64,000 nt of DNA from an uncultured virus (IMG/VR IMGVR_UViG_3300047400_000175) (lineage: Duplodnaviria; Heunggongvirae; Uroviricota; Caudoviricetes): the IMG/VR virus record IMGVR_UViG_3300047400_000175; one strand, 5' to 3'. Shown piece by piece: positions 19,770 through 27,220 of the stretch (position 1 is its first letter; each line of letters starts with the position of its first letter). Under the pieces are notes generated by a model that was not told the DNA's origin, did no database searches, and worked only from the letters and a program-made list of their open reading frames with translations. The position numbers and the translations under genes are program-made.

Positions 19770-19949
19770 TTATAATAAATGTCGTTCTAAAGGAAACATA
19801 AATTCCTTTGTATTCATTGTAAATTTAACTTTATCAGGATAATGATACTTATCATTTAAAGCTTTTAATTCTTCTTGATATTTAACATCACAATATAATA
19901 TATGATTAATTACTTCTTGAACTAATTGTTTTTCTTCTTCTGATTTCAT
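19770..19949 (-). CDS. small hypothetical protein (59 aa, not in ORF track)
   Basis: Manual translation MKSEEEKQLVQEVINH...ERHLL*; fills the gap between neighbours exactly. Confidence 0.65.
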   Translation of the reverse strand: MKSEEEKQLVQEVINHILYCDVKYQEELKALNDKYHYPDKVKFTMNTKEFMFPLERHLL

Positions 19950-19950
19950 T

Positions 19951-20151
19951 TTATTCTTTTAAATATTCTTTGATTAATCTAAATTTATTTAATTCTATTT
20001 CTTGTTTTCTAATAATATCTTTTAAATAATTAATATTATCTTCTTTATAATCAATTAGAAATTTAGATATTTTTTGTTCTAATTGTTTTTTAGTTAAAGA
20101 CTTATTGTTAACTAAAGATATTATTGATAATGTGGTTTCTTGTATATTCAT
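19951..20151 (-). CDS. hypothetical protein
   Basis: 66-aa ORF. Confidence 0.65.
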   Translation of the reverse strand: MNIQETTLSIISLVNNKSLTKKQLEQKISKFLIDYKEDNINYLKDIIRKQEIELNKFRLIKEYLKE

Positions 20152-20170
20152 TTATTTATAATTTTAATTT

Positions 20171-20203
20171 AAAAAAATAGAAGTAGACTTTTACATCTAC
20201 TTC
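20171..20203 (-). terminator. intrinsic terminator downstream of tRNAs
   Basis: GAAGTAGA/TCTACTTC stem followed by a T-tract on the - strand. Confidence 0.7.
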
Positions 20204-20261
20204 CATCATTATCTAAAAATATGATTAATATAACAAGTAAATTAAAAATGAATATTAATCG

Positions 20262-20346
20262 TGCTCCTAGCAAGACTCGAACTTGCACAGCCCATAAGAC
20301 TACCAGATTTTAAGTCTGATGTGTTTACCAATTACACCATAGGAAC
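20262..20346 (-). tRNA. tRNA-Leu(TAA)
   Basis: GTTCCTA/TAGGAGC acceptor; TGGTA D-loop; CT-TAA-AA anticodon loop; long variable arm; TTCGAGT T-loop; no encoded CCA. Confidence 0.92.
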
Positions 20347-20381
20347 AAAAAATGGAAGCAAGTATTTCAGCCTTGCTTCCA
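20347..20381 (-). terminator. terminator-like hairpin between the tRNAs
   Basis: TGGAAGCAAG/CTTGCTTCCA stem plus TTTTT on the - strand. Confidence 0.55.
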
Positions 20382-20421
20382 CATGTTTAATAACTAATTA
20401 CGTATCACTGAAAATTAGTTG

Positions 20422-20493
20422 TAGTCTCATCAGGAATCGAACCTGAAATATAAGTTTAGAAAACTCATGTTATATCCTTTTAACTATGAGACT
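20422..20493 (-). tRNA. tRNA-Arg(TCT)
   Basis: AGTCTCA/TGAGACT acceptor; GTTA/TAAC D-stem; TT-TCT-AA loop; TCAGG-TTCGATT-CCTGA T-arm. Confidence 0.92.
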
Positions 20494-20496
20494 ATT

Positions 20497-20529
20497 AAAA
20501 AAGAAGTGAGAGTTTCCCCTCACTTCTTT
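20497..20529 (-). terminator. intrinsic terminator after 20538..20921
   Basis: AAAGAAGTGAG/CTCACTTCTTT stem with T-tract. Confidence 0.75.
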
Positions 20530-20537
20530 AACATTGA

Positions 20538-20921
20538 CTACTTCTTAACCAATACTGTTGCGTTCTCCTCAACTTCATCAGCAATAAACTCACCAAACAT
20601 ATCTGTTGTAGCATAATTTGCATCAGATAAATGTGATAATTGAATTGCAATACGAGGTTTACCATCATTGTCCATATATTGACGAGCAGTACACAAATAA
20701 CTACCATTTTTCTCAATTCCTTTTGAATAATTACCTTCAAAACAACGAGCTGTTGTTATTTGTTCTTTACCATTAGCATCTGTAAATTTAATTGTAGCAT
20801 TACGGTACTTAGTTTTCTTCTCATTATTAAGAGAAAACACTGTTTCTTTCAATTCTTGAACTGTTGCAGGGAAACGAAAACCAATTTCACCTGTTTCTTC
20901 ATTTAAAACTACTTTACGCAT
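20538..20921 (-). CDS. hypothetical protein, probably highly expressed
   Basis: 127 aa; CGT-rich Arg usage like the major capsid gene; acidic C-terminus; own terminator. Confidence 0.8.
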   Translation of the reverse strand: MRKVVLNEETGEIGFRFPATVQELKETVFSLNNEKKTKYRNATIKFTDANGKEQITTARCFEGNYSKGIEKNGSYLCTARQYMDNDGKPRIAIQLSHLSDANYATTDMFGEFIADEVEENATVLVKK

Positions 20922-20959
20922 TTTAATTGTTATTTAATTGTTATTTAATTTATGTTACA

Positions 20960-21184
20960 TTATTTAGGAGATGTAACAACTCCTGTAAATTCTTTATAAA
21001 TTCCTAATTTCTTTTTTAAAGCAATAATTTCTTGTTTTACGCCTTCATAAGCTTTAGGATTTACTTTAATAGTTCCACCAAGGCCACCATAATATTCTTT
21101 CCAAGAATATAGAATTTCTAATTTTTTACGATTAGCTGGACTAATTGGTTTAAATTCACGAACATCTTTTGTTTTGTCAAACAT
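20960..21184 (-). CDS. hypothetical protein
   Basis: 74-aa ORF with AT-rich leader. Confidence 0.7.
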   Translation of the reverse strand: MFDKTKDVREFKPISPANRKKLEILYSWKEYYGGLGGTIKVNPKAYEGVKQEIIALKKKLGIYKEFTGVVTSPK

Positions 21185-21299
21185 AATAATTTAATAAAAA
21201 GTTAATAAAAATGGATAAACTTTTACTATTTATCCTGAGCATACAATCTGGTTAATTGTTTTGAACAAGTTATAATATATTTAAAATTACAAAATATCT

Positions 21300-21662
21300 T
21301 TAATTATTATTGATTATACCTTCATAATCTATTGTTGCAAAGTACGCACCATTTGATCCTGATAAATTAGCATCACCTATAATTAAATCTGATCCTATAT
21401 TAATATATTCTACAAATACTGTATTTTTCTTAAATATAGGCCATTTACATACACTTATTTGCATTATAGAACCTTCATATGCAACATTACTACAATTAGT
21501 TGTAATACGTTTAATGTGCTTTATTCTAGGTCTAATACAAAATCCTTCAGGAAGAACAACACCATCTGGTGTTGCTTTCCCAAAGTTTGCTAGTTCTTTA
21601 AAAGAACTAATATTTCTTTTTTTAGAAGTTACTTTAATACTACGAATTTTACCTACTTTCAT
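21300..21662 (-). CDS. hypothetical protein
   Basis: 120-aa ORF. Confidence 0.7.
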   Translation of the reverse strand: MKVGKIRSIKVTSKKRNISSFKELANFGKATPDGVVLPEGFCIRPRIKHIKRITTNCSNVAYEGSIMQISVCKWPIFKKNTVFVEYINIGSDLIIGDANLSGSNGAYFATIDYEGIINNN

Positions 21663-21663
21663 A

Positions 21664-21882
21664 TTAAATATGTACTAAACGTGAATTTTTGTTTTTTCTT
21701 TTACAAGTATTCTTACGATTGTTACCATAAATTTTAATACAACTTCCATCTTGGAAAAAATTATATTTAGAGTATGATTTTTTACGTTGACTTCTTGTAG
21801 GAAATTGTGGAGAATAAGATGAAATAATAGGATTTATCAATTCACCATTCTCATCATATTGTTTTACATAAGGTATATTCAT
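21664..21882 (-). CDS. hypothetical protein
   Basis: 72 aa; MNIPYVKQYDENG..NPI. Confidence 0.7.
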   Translation of the reverse strand: MNIPYVKQYDENGELINPIISSYSPQFPTRSQRKKSYSKYNFFQDGSCIKIYGNNRKNTCKRKNKNSRLVHI

Positions 21883-21884
21883 AA

Positions 21885-22076
21885 TTAATTTGTTGAAAAT
21901 GTTGAATTAAGATAGTTTTGTTTATAGATATCCTGCCCTATCTGTCTAGCAAGAGTATCTAATTCATCTTGTGATTTTCTAATTAAATCACCTGCTTTAT
22001 TTGTTTTATAAAGTATTTTTTCAGAACAATGTAATACTTGTTTACATCCATTCTTTGCATAAATCTTAATTGTCAT
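21885..22076 (-). CDS. hypothetical protein
   Basis: 63 aa; coupled to neighbours. Confidence 0.65.
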   Translation of the reverse strand: MTIKIYAKNGCKQVLHCSEKILYKTNKAGDLIRKSQDELDTLARQIGQDIYKQNYLNSTFSTN

Positions 22077-22285
22077 TTGTTTTTTACTAATTTAATAATT
22101 ATTAATATTACAGCTATTTCTAAAATATTAGTTATAACTAATAGAAAATTAAGTGATATACATAAACTTTCTATTAAAAAAGTAACAGGTATCAATGCTT
22201 CTCCACCAAAAACACATTTACATATTAAAGTAATTATCCACAATAACATCATTAGTATTACTGAAATTATAGAATATTTACTCAT
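22073..22285 (-). CDS. small membrane protein
   Basis: Two hydrophobic segments; ATGA overlaps. Confidence 0.6.
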   Translation of the reverse strand: MSKYSIISVILMMLLWIITLICKCVFGGEALIPVTFLIESLCISLNFLLVITNILEIAVILIIIKLVKNK

Positions 22286-22455
22286 TTATTTTCATTGTTT
22301 AATAATTCAACTTGTAATTCTAAATATTCAGCACTTATTTCTACAAAATCACTATTTAATTTAATAAGTGATACAAGAATAAGTACTATAAATACTGGTA
22401 TCCAAAATAATAATATTATAATAAATAATATTATATTTAATATTCGTTTTAACAT
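22282..22455 (-). CDS. small membrane protein
   Basis: Part of ORF 22282..22587; likely start MLKRILNII just after the preceding stop. Confidence 0.55.
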   Translation of the reverse strand: MLKRILNIILFIIILLFWIPVFIVLILVSLIKLNSDFVEISAEYLELQVELLNNENK

Positions 22456-22456
22456 A

Positions 22457-22687
22457 TTAATATAATTTAATGTAATTTCTTGTTGTATATTCTGTATTAG
22501 GATGAGATAAGCTTCTATCTTTAGGTACATTATACCATAAATAACAGTGTGCTTGTGGATGAGGTTCATCTTCAGAAATATCATCATAATGATATTCTAT
22601 AGTTTTAATAAACCTTGGACGAAATACACTTTCTACAAAGTGTGAAATACTTACAATAATTAGTAAGATTAATAATAAAATATTCAT
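22457..22687 (-). CDS. small membrane-anchored protein
   Basis: N-terminal hydrophobic helix. Confidence 0.65.
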   Translation of the reverse strand: MNILLLILLIIVSISHFVESVFRPRFIKTIEYHYDDISEDEPHPQAHCYLWYNVPKDRSLSHPNTEYTTRNYIKLY

Positions 22688-22727
22688 TGTTTTTTTTGTT
22701 TTAGTTAAATAAAAATTGTTTAATTAT

Positions 22728-23033
22728 TTATTTAGTCCAACTATGACCACAATTTGTACATTTAATACAATTAATCATTTTTGGAAATCCTGTTTTACTT
22801 AATGTATTACCTCTATCTCCAGGTTTACTACCTAAATCTAAATATTCTACATAAGTATCTTCAAGAGCTTTAGATTCTTTACCCAAATTACCACAATCTC
22901 TACAAATAAATTTAATTTGTTTGTTTAAATCTAATAATGTTTCAACTAAAATTCGTGGTAATTTATTAAAATCCTTTGTTTTATTTAATTGAGAAATCAG
23001 ATTATCAACTAAAGAATTATAAGTGTTTTTCAT
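22728..23033 (-). CDS. zinc-ribbon-like hypothetical protein
   Basis: CRDCG ... CTNCGHS. Confidence 0.7.
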   Translation of the reverse strand: MKNTYNSLVDNLISQLNKTKDFNKLPRILVETLLDLNKQIKFICRDCGNLGKESKALEDTYVEYLDLGSKPGDRGNTLSKTGFPKMINCIKCTNCGHSWTK

Positions 23034-23703
23034 TGTTTTTAATTAATTTAATTTAAAATAAAGAGTAAAACTTTATAAACAAAGAAACCTCTTTCAATAT
23101 ATAAATATATTGTTTTTTATTTCACCACTCCTCACATGGTTAAAAAGAAACAAGCCTTAATGGTGCAATACCATCCATATTTATAACCCTTTGAGTTGAC
23201 CTCACAGATGACTTGTCTTACATTGTATTTCAGAGATAATTAGAAAGTATTCAAAACGTATAACTAGTATGTTTTAAATAAATTTAATATCACCGTGATG
23301 AAGAAATAGATTTCTTCTCTATCACATAACTTCGTGTAAAAAGTTATCACCTATTTTTAAAGTTTAACACACTTTATTATTAGGATTTAGTAAAAACCAT
23401 CTCCCCAAAAATCTAATACAAACACAAAAAAAGAGAGATGGGAAAACCATAGTTTTCAAACATCTTTGTTTAATAAGAAAATAATTATTCTATCCATTAC
23501 CATCTGGAATATTAATCAAATGTAATTTTGAGTATCCTATCTTACCTTACTCAGAGTCTTTCCAAGATACCATCTCTTGAACTTAATCAATTTAAAGGAT
23601 TTGAACACTTAACTCCAAGCGGATTAATATTGGCAGGCATATTTTGATTTTTTCATTGGTATTTTTTTACTTTGTTAAGCCACCAGAGCGTTAGCAGAAG
23701 ATA

Positions 23704-23988
23704 TTAATACTCATACGCCACACACCAATTTGGTAATGACCTCTTGTATTCTTCTAAACTTTGAATAAATGTTATATGACAACAATCGTTGCAAAAAGCA
23801 CCGCTATCACCACACGCTTGCTTACAAAGTTTATTATAACCCCTTATATAGCAACTATATGTATTTCCTACATTCTTGCTACCACAATTTTCACATCTTA
23901 AAACACTACGCCTCCTAACATTGGTTTGTGGCAAGTGAGGCTGACGTAGTATTATTAGCTTTAGTTTTTCAAATAATTTTCGTATCAT
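23704..23988 (-). CDS. Cys-rich hypothetical protein
   Basis: CENCGS and CNDCC motifs; N-terminal part overlaps a repeat-like element. Confidence 0.6.
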   Translation of the reverse strand: MIRKLFEKLKLIILRQPHLPQTNVRRRSVLRCENCGSKNVGNTYSCYIRGYNKLCKQACGDSGAFCNDCCHITFIQSLEEYKRSLPNWCVAYEY

Positions 23989-24038
23989 ATTTTTAAGTTT
24001 TGTGTTTCAAATTCCGCTAAACTTTTTCATATTTATTT

Positions 24039-24368
24039 TTATTTTTTATTTTTAACCCAACCATCTTTTCCCATTGGTTCAGGTGCTGAACTTGCCAATG
24101 ATGCTGTGTCAACGTTTCGTGTTTCGGTTAATACAGCAACATAACAATTACCCCTTTGTATTTCCAATAATTTTCTAACCTCATCTTCACTATACATCCT
24201 TTCAGCTTGCCATTTAGCACCTTTGATAATGAGTTGTTGGATTTGAAACTTTGTACTAGGATTTATTCTAACATCACGATATTCTTCAGCCAATCTTTCA
24301 GCAGCTTCTTCAAGTGTTTCTTGTTTATGTAATAGCTTATTACATACCCAGTGTCTAAATTCCACCAC
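24039..24368 (-). CDS. hypothetical protein (KQETLEEAAE...GAKWQ.ERMYSE type); start uncertain
   Basis: Protein-like from KQETLEE onward; the GTG start lies within a tRNA-like fragment, so it may be 5'-truncated. Confidence 0.55.
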   Translation of the reverse strand: MVEFRHWVCNKLLHKQETLEEAAERLAEEYRDVRINPSTKFQIQQLIIKGAKWQAERMYSEDEVRKLLEIQRGNCYVAVLTETRNVDTASLASSAPEPMGKDGWVKNKK

Positions 24369-24374
24369 CTGACT

Positions 24375-25160
24375 ATAAAATCCCTCTGTACTCAGTTGTA
24401 ATAATCATAAATTATAAAGTTTCTCAGGCTTTATAATTTATTTCTTATTGTTTATGAGGTTATATACCAGATTCTTTATACATAGTTGAGCTACATATTT
24501 AGTTTCTGTAATGTATATACACGCAACTACCCTCAATCTGATCCTTGACCTACCTTTCATTAGTGTCTAACAGATTATTACAACTGCTCACCCTTGGGAA
24601 GTGAGAATGGTACATTAGTAAAGATAACACCACATAAAAGAGGATAATCTCTAATGTATGATTAACTGTGGTTGGTGAACAGTTTAAACACCAATAGATT
24701 TTACAGTTCTATTCAACTGGCTGCAATAGGCATCACAAAACTAACAGTATATTATCCTACTGTTGGTCAAGTTCTGTTTAGCCCAGTAATCCTTGCGGAT
24801 TACAAATTGCAGCAACTTTCACATTTTTTTACCCTATAACCGACCAAAGTTATAGAGTGAAAGCTTTAAAAATTTGGATATCATATGACAGTCTTAATTT
24901 ATTACATGCAAGTCACTAGCGTGGAATCAAGAACCTACCTAGTATAGGATTACCTGCATATCAGTGCAAGTTTTACCAGTTAGTTATAACTAGGATATTA
25001 GAATTTACGAATAAATAGGTATATAGGAAAACCCTATTTATTCTTAATAAACCTCTTTCCTTTATAGAGGTTAAGTAGATACAATTAATTAGCGGTTAAT
25101 TGTATTAATTCTACTTGACAGATTAATCACTTCTGAACTTTTAAAGTAAATACACGATTA
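24375..25160 (-). ncRNA. candidate structured non-coding RNA(s)
   Basis: No ORF; 14-bp long-range helix 24393-24406/24573-24586; many hairpins, including a GCAA tetraloop on the - strand (24786-24803). Confidence 0.5.
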
Positions 25161-25168
25161 CTGTATTT

Positions 25169-25402
25169 TCAGGAAGTTACTCCAACCTTCTGTTTAATTT
25201 TTCCAATAACTTTACAAGTTACTGAATTGTTACCAGCATATGTATTTAAAGAAAAATAAATTATTTTATTATCTTTAATAGAATATGATAATTCATAACC
25301 ACAACAACCACAACCATCAGTAAATGAATATGAAGGATGTCTTTTGATATAGTTTTCAGCCTGTTTAATTGTGTTAAATGTAATAAACATAATTGATTTC
25401 AT
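25169..25402 (-). CDS. hypothetical protein with CGCC motif
   Basis: 77 aa; DGCGCCG; AAGGAG upstream on the - strand. Confidence 0.65.
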   Translation of the reverse strand: MKSIMFITFNTIKQAENYIKRHPSYSFTDGCGCCGYELSYSIKDNKIIYFSLNTYAGNNSVTCKVIGKIKQKVGVTS

Positions 25403-25429
25403 TTAAAAATACTCCTTATTTGATATACT

Positions 25430-26400
25430 ATTCTAAATTAACTAAGAGCTAGCTGCACTGATGGTACATTCTGGAGCTGTGTATTACGGGTACAAAAGTA
25501 TAAATACTTTTCCTTGCATCATACATCATCCTTAGATTAGTTAATAAATATAAATATTTATTTAAATCGCCATACATCCTGGCTTATTTTGTCAAAATGT
25601 TAGTTTTTAAAAAGTTAAAAGAAATATGAGAGGTGGTTATTCACCACACTCTCATTACTCTCTAACCCTCATCAGCATTGGGTTTTAAAGCAATATTAAA
25701 TACAATCAAGCAAGCTATTAATAGAAGTTCCGTTATCTAAACCTTCTAGGTCAATCCTCGTATGACACTATTAATAACTTACTGTAATTGTAATTCACAT
25801 AACCTCTCTAACTCCTTAATAATCAATAAGTTATGAGATTAAAATCAATACCAGAGTAATATTATAAGAGAGACAGAGGTTAATCCATCTCTCTATAATA
25901 TAACATATTGGAATATGTAGAACAATTGTCAAATTGTTCATTCCACCACACTTGGCCCCAAGATTCTGAATAGACATACTATCTCTCGTAGTTAAACAAG
26001 AGGTGAGAATATACACTTATTATCATTACTTTATCTATGATAATTTACTTCTCTACATCATAAATGTAGTTTGCAAGTGTCTGCGACGGTAGTAATTAAT
26101 CAGCCTCCTTGCTTATGCAAGTAATCTACTGATTTATACAATTTATAGTATGCAACTACTACCTGAGTTTATTGATCTAAAATTCTCTTTTTATTTGCCT
26201 ATTAGAGAGAACCTAAAGGTTTATTCCAAATAGAGTATTGTAAAGAACTCTAAATTATTTATCCTTTTATATGGTAAGGACTAGTGGAATCGAACCACCC
26301 TAAACCATTGTCCTTATGTTAAACACCCTATAGCCAGATTTGAGAATATCAATACTGGGTAGGCAATGTTTATTTATTAGAGCAAGACATAAATGCCGTA
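25430..26400 (-). ncRNA. candidate structured non-coding RNA(s)
   Basis: About 1 kb with no credible ORF and dense inverted repeats; contains a mini-tRNA. Confidence 0.45.
26272..26315 (-). ncRNA. tRNA-like minihelix (acceptor + T-arm + CCA, no D or anticodon arm)
   Basis: AAGGACA-ATGGTTTAG-GGTGG-TTCGATT-CCACT-AGTCCTT-A-CCA. Confidence 0.7.
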
Positions 26401-26409
26401 GGCACCCCA

Positions 26410-26685
26410 CTATAGGGTGTCTACGACATTGGCATTGCTCTTACTGTGCAAGATATACATAGAATCACCGCCTTCAATGGTACACAAAGATACCACGGGA
26501 TTAGGTTGATACCCTTTGGTGCTTACGGCACCCCGAACACTACCTGCCACAAAGAATAAAAGTCCCGTGTTAGGATTTTTGATAATCTCAAGTTTATCTG
26601 CCTTACCAAGAGATTTAATTTCAGCAATAGTATGCTGACTTGCAAATTTGAGGGTTTGTTTCCCTGCTAAAATTGTTGTTTCCAT
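26410..26685 (-). CDS. first gene of the leftward arm, hypothetical
   Basis: 91 aa, higher GC; KNPNTG.LFF...GAVS...PVVS. Confidence 0.8.
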   Translation of the reverse strand: METTILAGKQTLKFASQHTIAEIKSLGKADKLEIIKNPNTGLLFFVAGSVRGAVSTKGYQPNPVVSLCTIEGGDSMYILHSKSNANVVDTL

Positions 26686-26890
26686 TTTTTTAGATTTTAA
26701 TTTATATCAACACAATGAAGGGGGAGGGTTTAGGGGTAACTCCATCCCTCTATACCCACAAAAAAAATTTTAAAAAAAATTTTTAAAAAATTGCAACCAT
26801 TTATAATATGAATACGTCTTAGATATATAAGGCAGTAAATAAGTGTATTATCAAGTAATTGATTATCAATCATTTAAAATTTATTTTCAA
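26686..26890. other. divergent strand-switch region (candidate origin, terminus or early promoter)
   Basis: Gene polarity flips here; G-run/C-run block at 26718-26760 followed by A/T tracts to ~26792. Confidence 0.5.
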
Positions 26891-26930
26891 AAATACTTGA
26901 CAATGTCATAAATTTATTGTATATTATATA
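26891..26930 (+). promoter_or_regulatory. repeated promoter motif, copy 1
   Basis: TTG(26897)-N20-TATATT(26920). Confidence 0.7.
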
Positions 26931-26934
26931 ATGT

Positions 26935-27205
26935 CACACCATAGTCCGATGGTGTATCATCTAGAAGCCAGAGAAGAAGGTTGTACAGATCAGAAGTCGG
27001 GTAGTATAAACAAATAGTTTAGAGGTGCCCCGATAGACAGAAAAGAGCTTAATTGCAAATTAGCACGACTAGTAGCCAAGGGCTAGGGCATAGGGAATAA
27101 CTAGTGTATGGGAACAATAACCTGAGTGCAGTGAGGATTAAGTTAAGGCTACCTGAAAGGGATTAGTTGAGAAAGATGAAACTTTCATAGGGAGATACTA
27201 TGTAA
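26935..27205 (+). ncRNA. candidate ~270-nt structured RNA or leader
   Basis: Starts just after promoter copy 1; GC-enriched; no ORF; serial hairpins. Confidence 0.5.
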
Positions 27206-27220
27206 ATTAGTAAATAAAAA

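Noticed and set aside
20150..20420. Theta/HDV-like ribozymes at tRNA 3' trailers
   Set aside because: The trailers are AT-rich simple hairpins, and I could not build the nested double pseudoknot
20261..20446. + strand 61-aa ORF
   Set aside because: Antisense shadow of the tRNA genes
20450..20470. tRNA at 20422-20493 read as a CTA amber suppressor
   Set aside because: The 7-nt loop is TT-TCT-AA, so the anticodon is TCT (Arg)
25655..25690. CTGATGAG on the - strand as a hammerhead ribozyme core
   Set aside because: It lies in the loop of an AACCC/GGGTT hairpin and no correctly placed GAAA or stem III follows
25831..26016. 61-aa ORF
   Set aside because: Non-ATG start, overlaps dense hairpins, and no protein-like features
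23040..27200. CRISPR array or regular repeat-spacer array in the non-coding region
   Set aside because: Inverted repeats are abundant, but no direct repeat recurs at regular spacing
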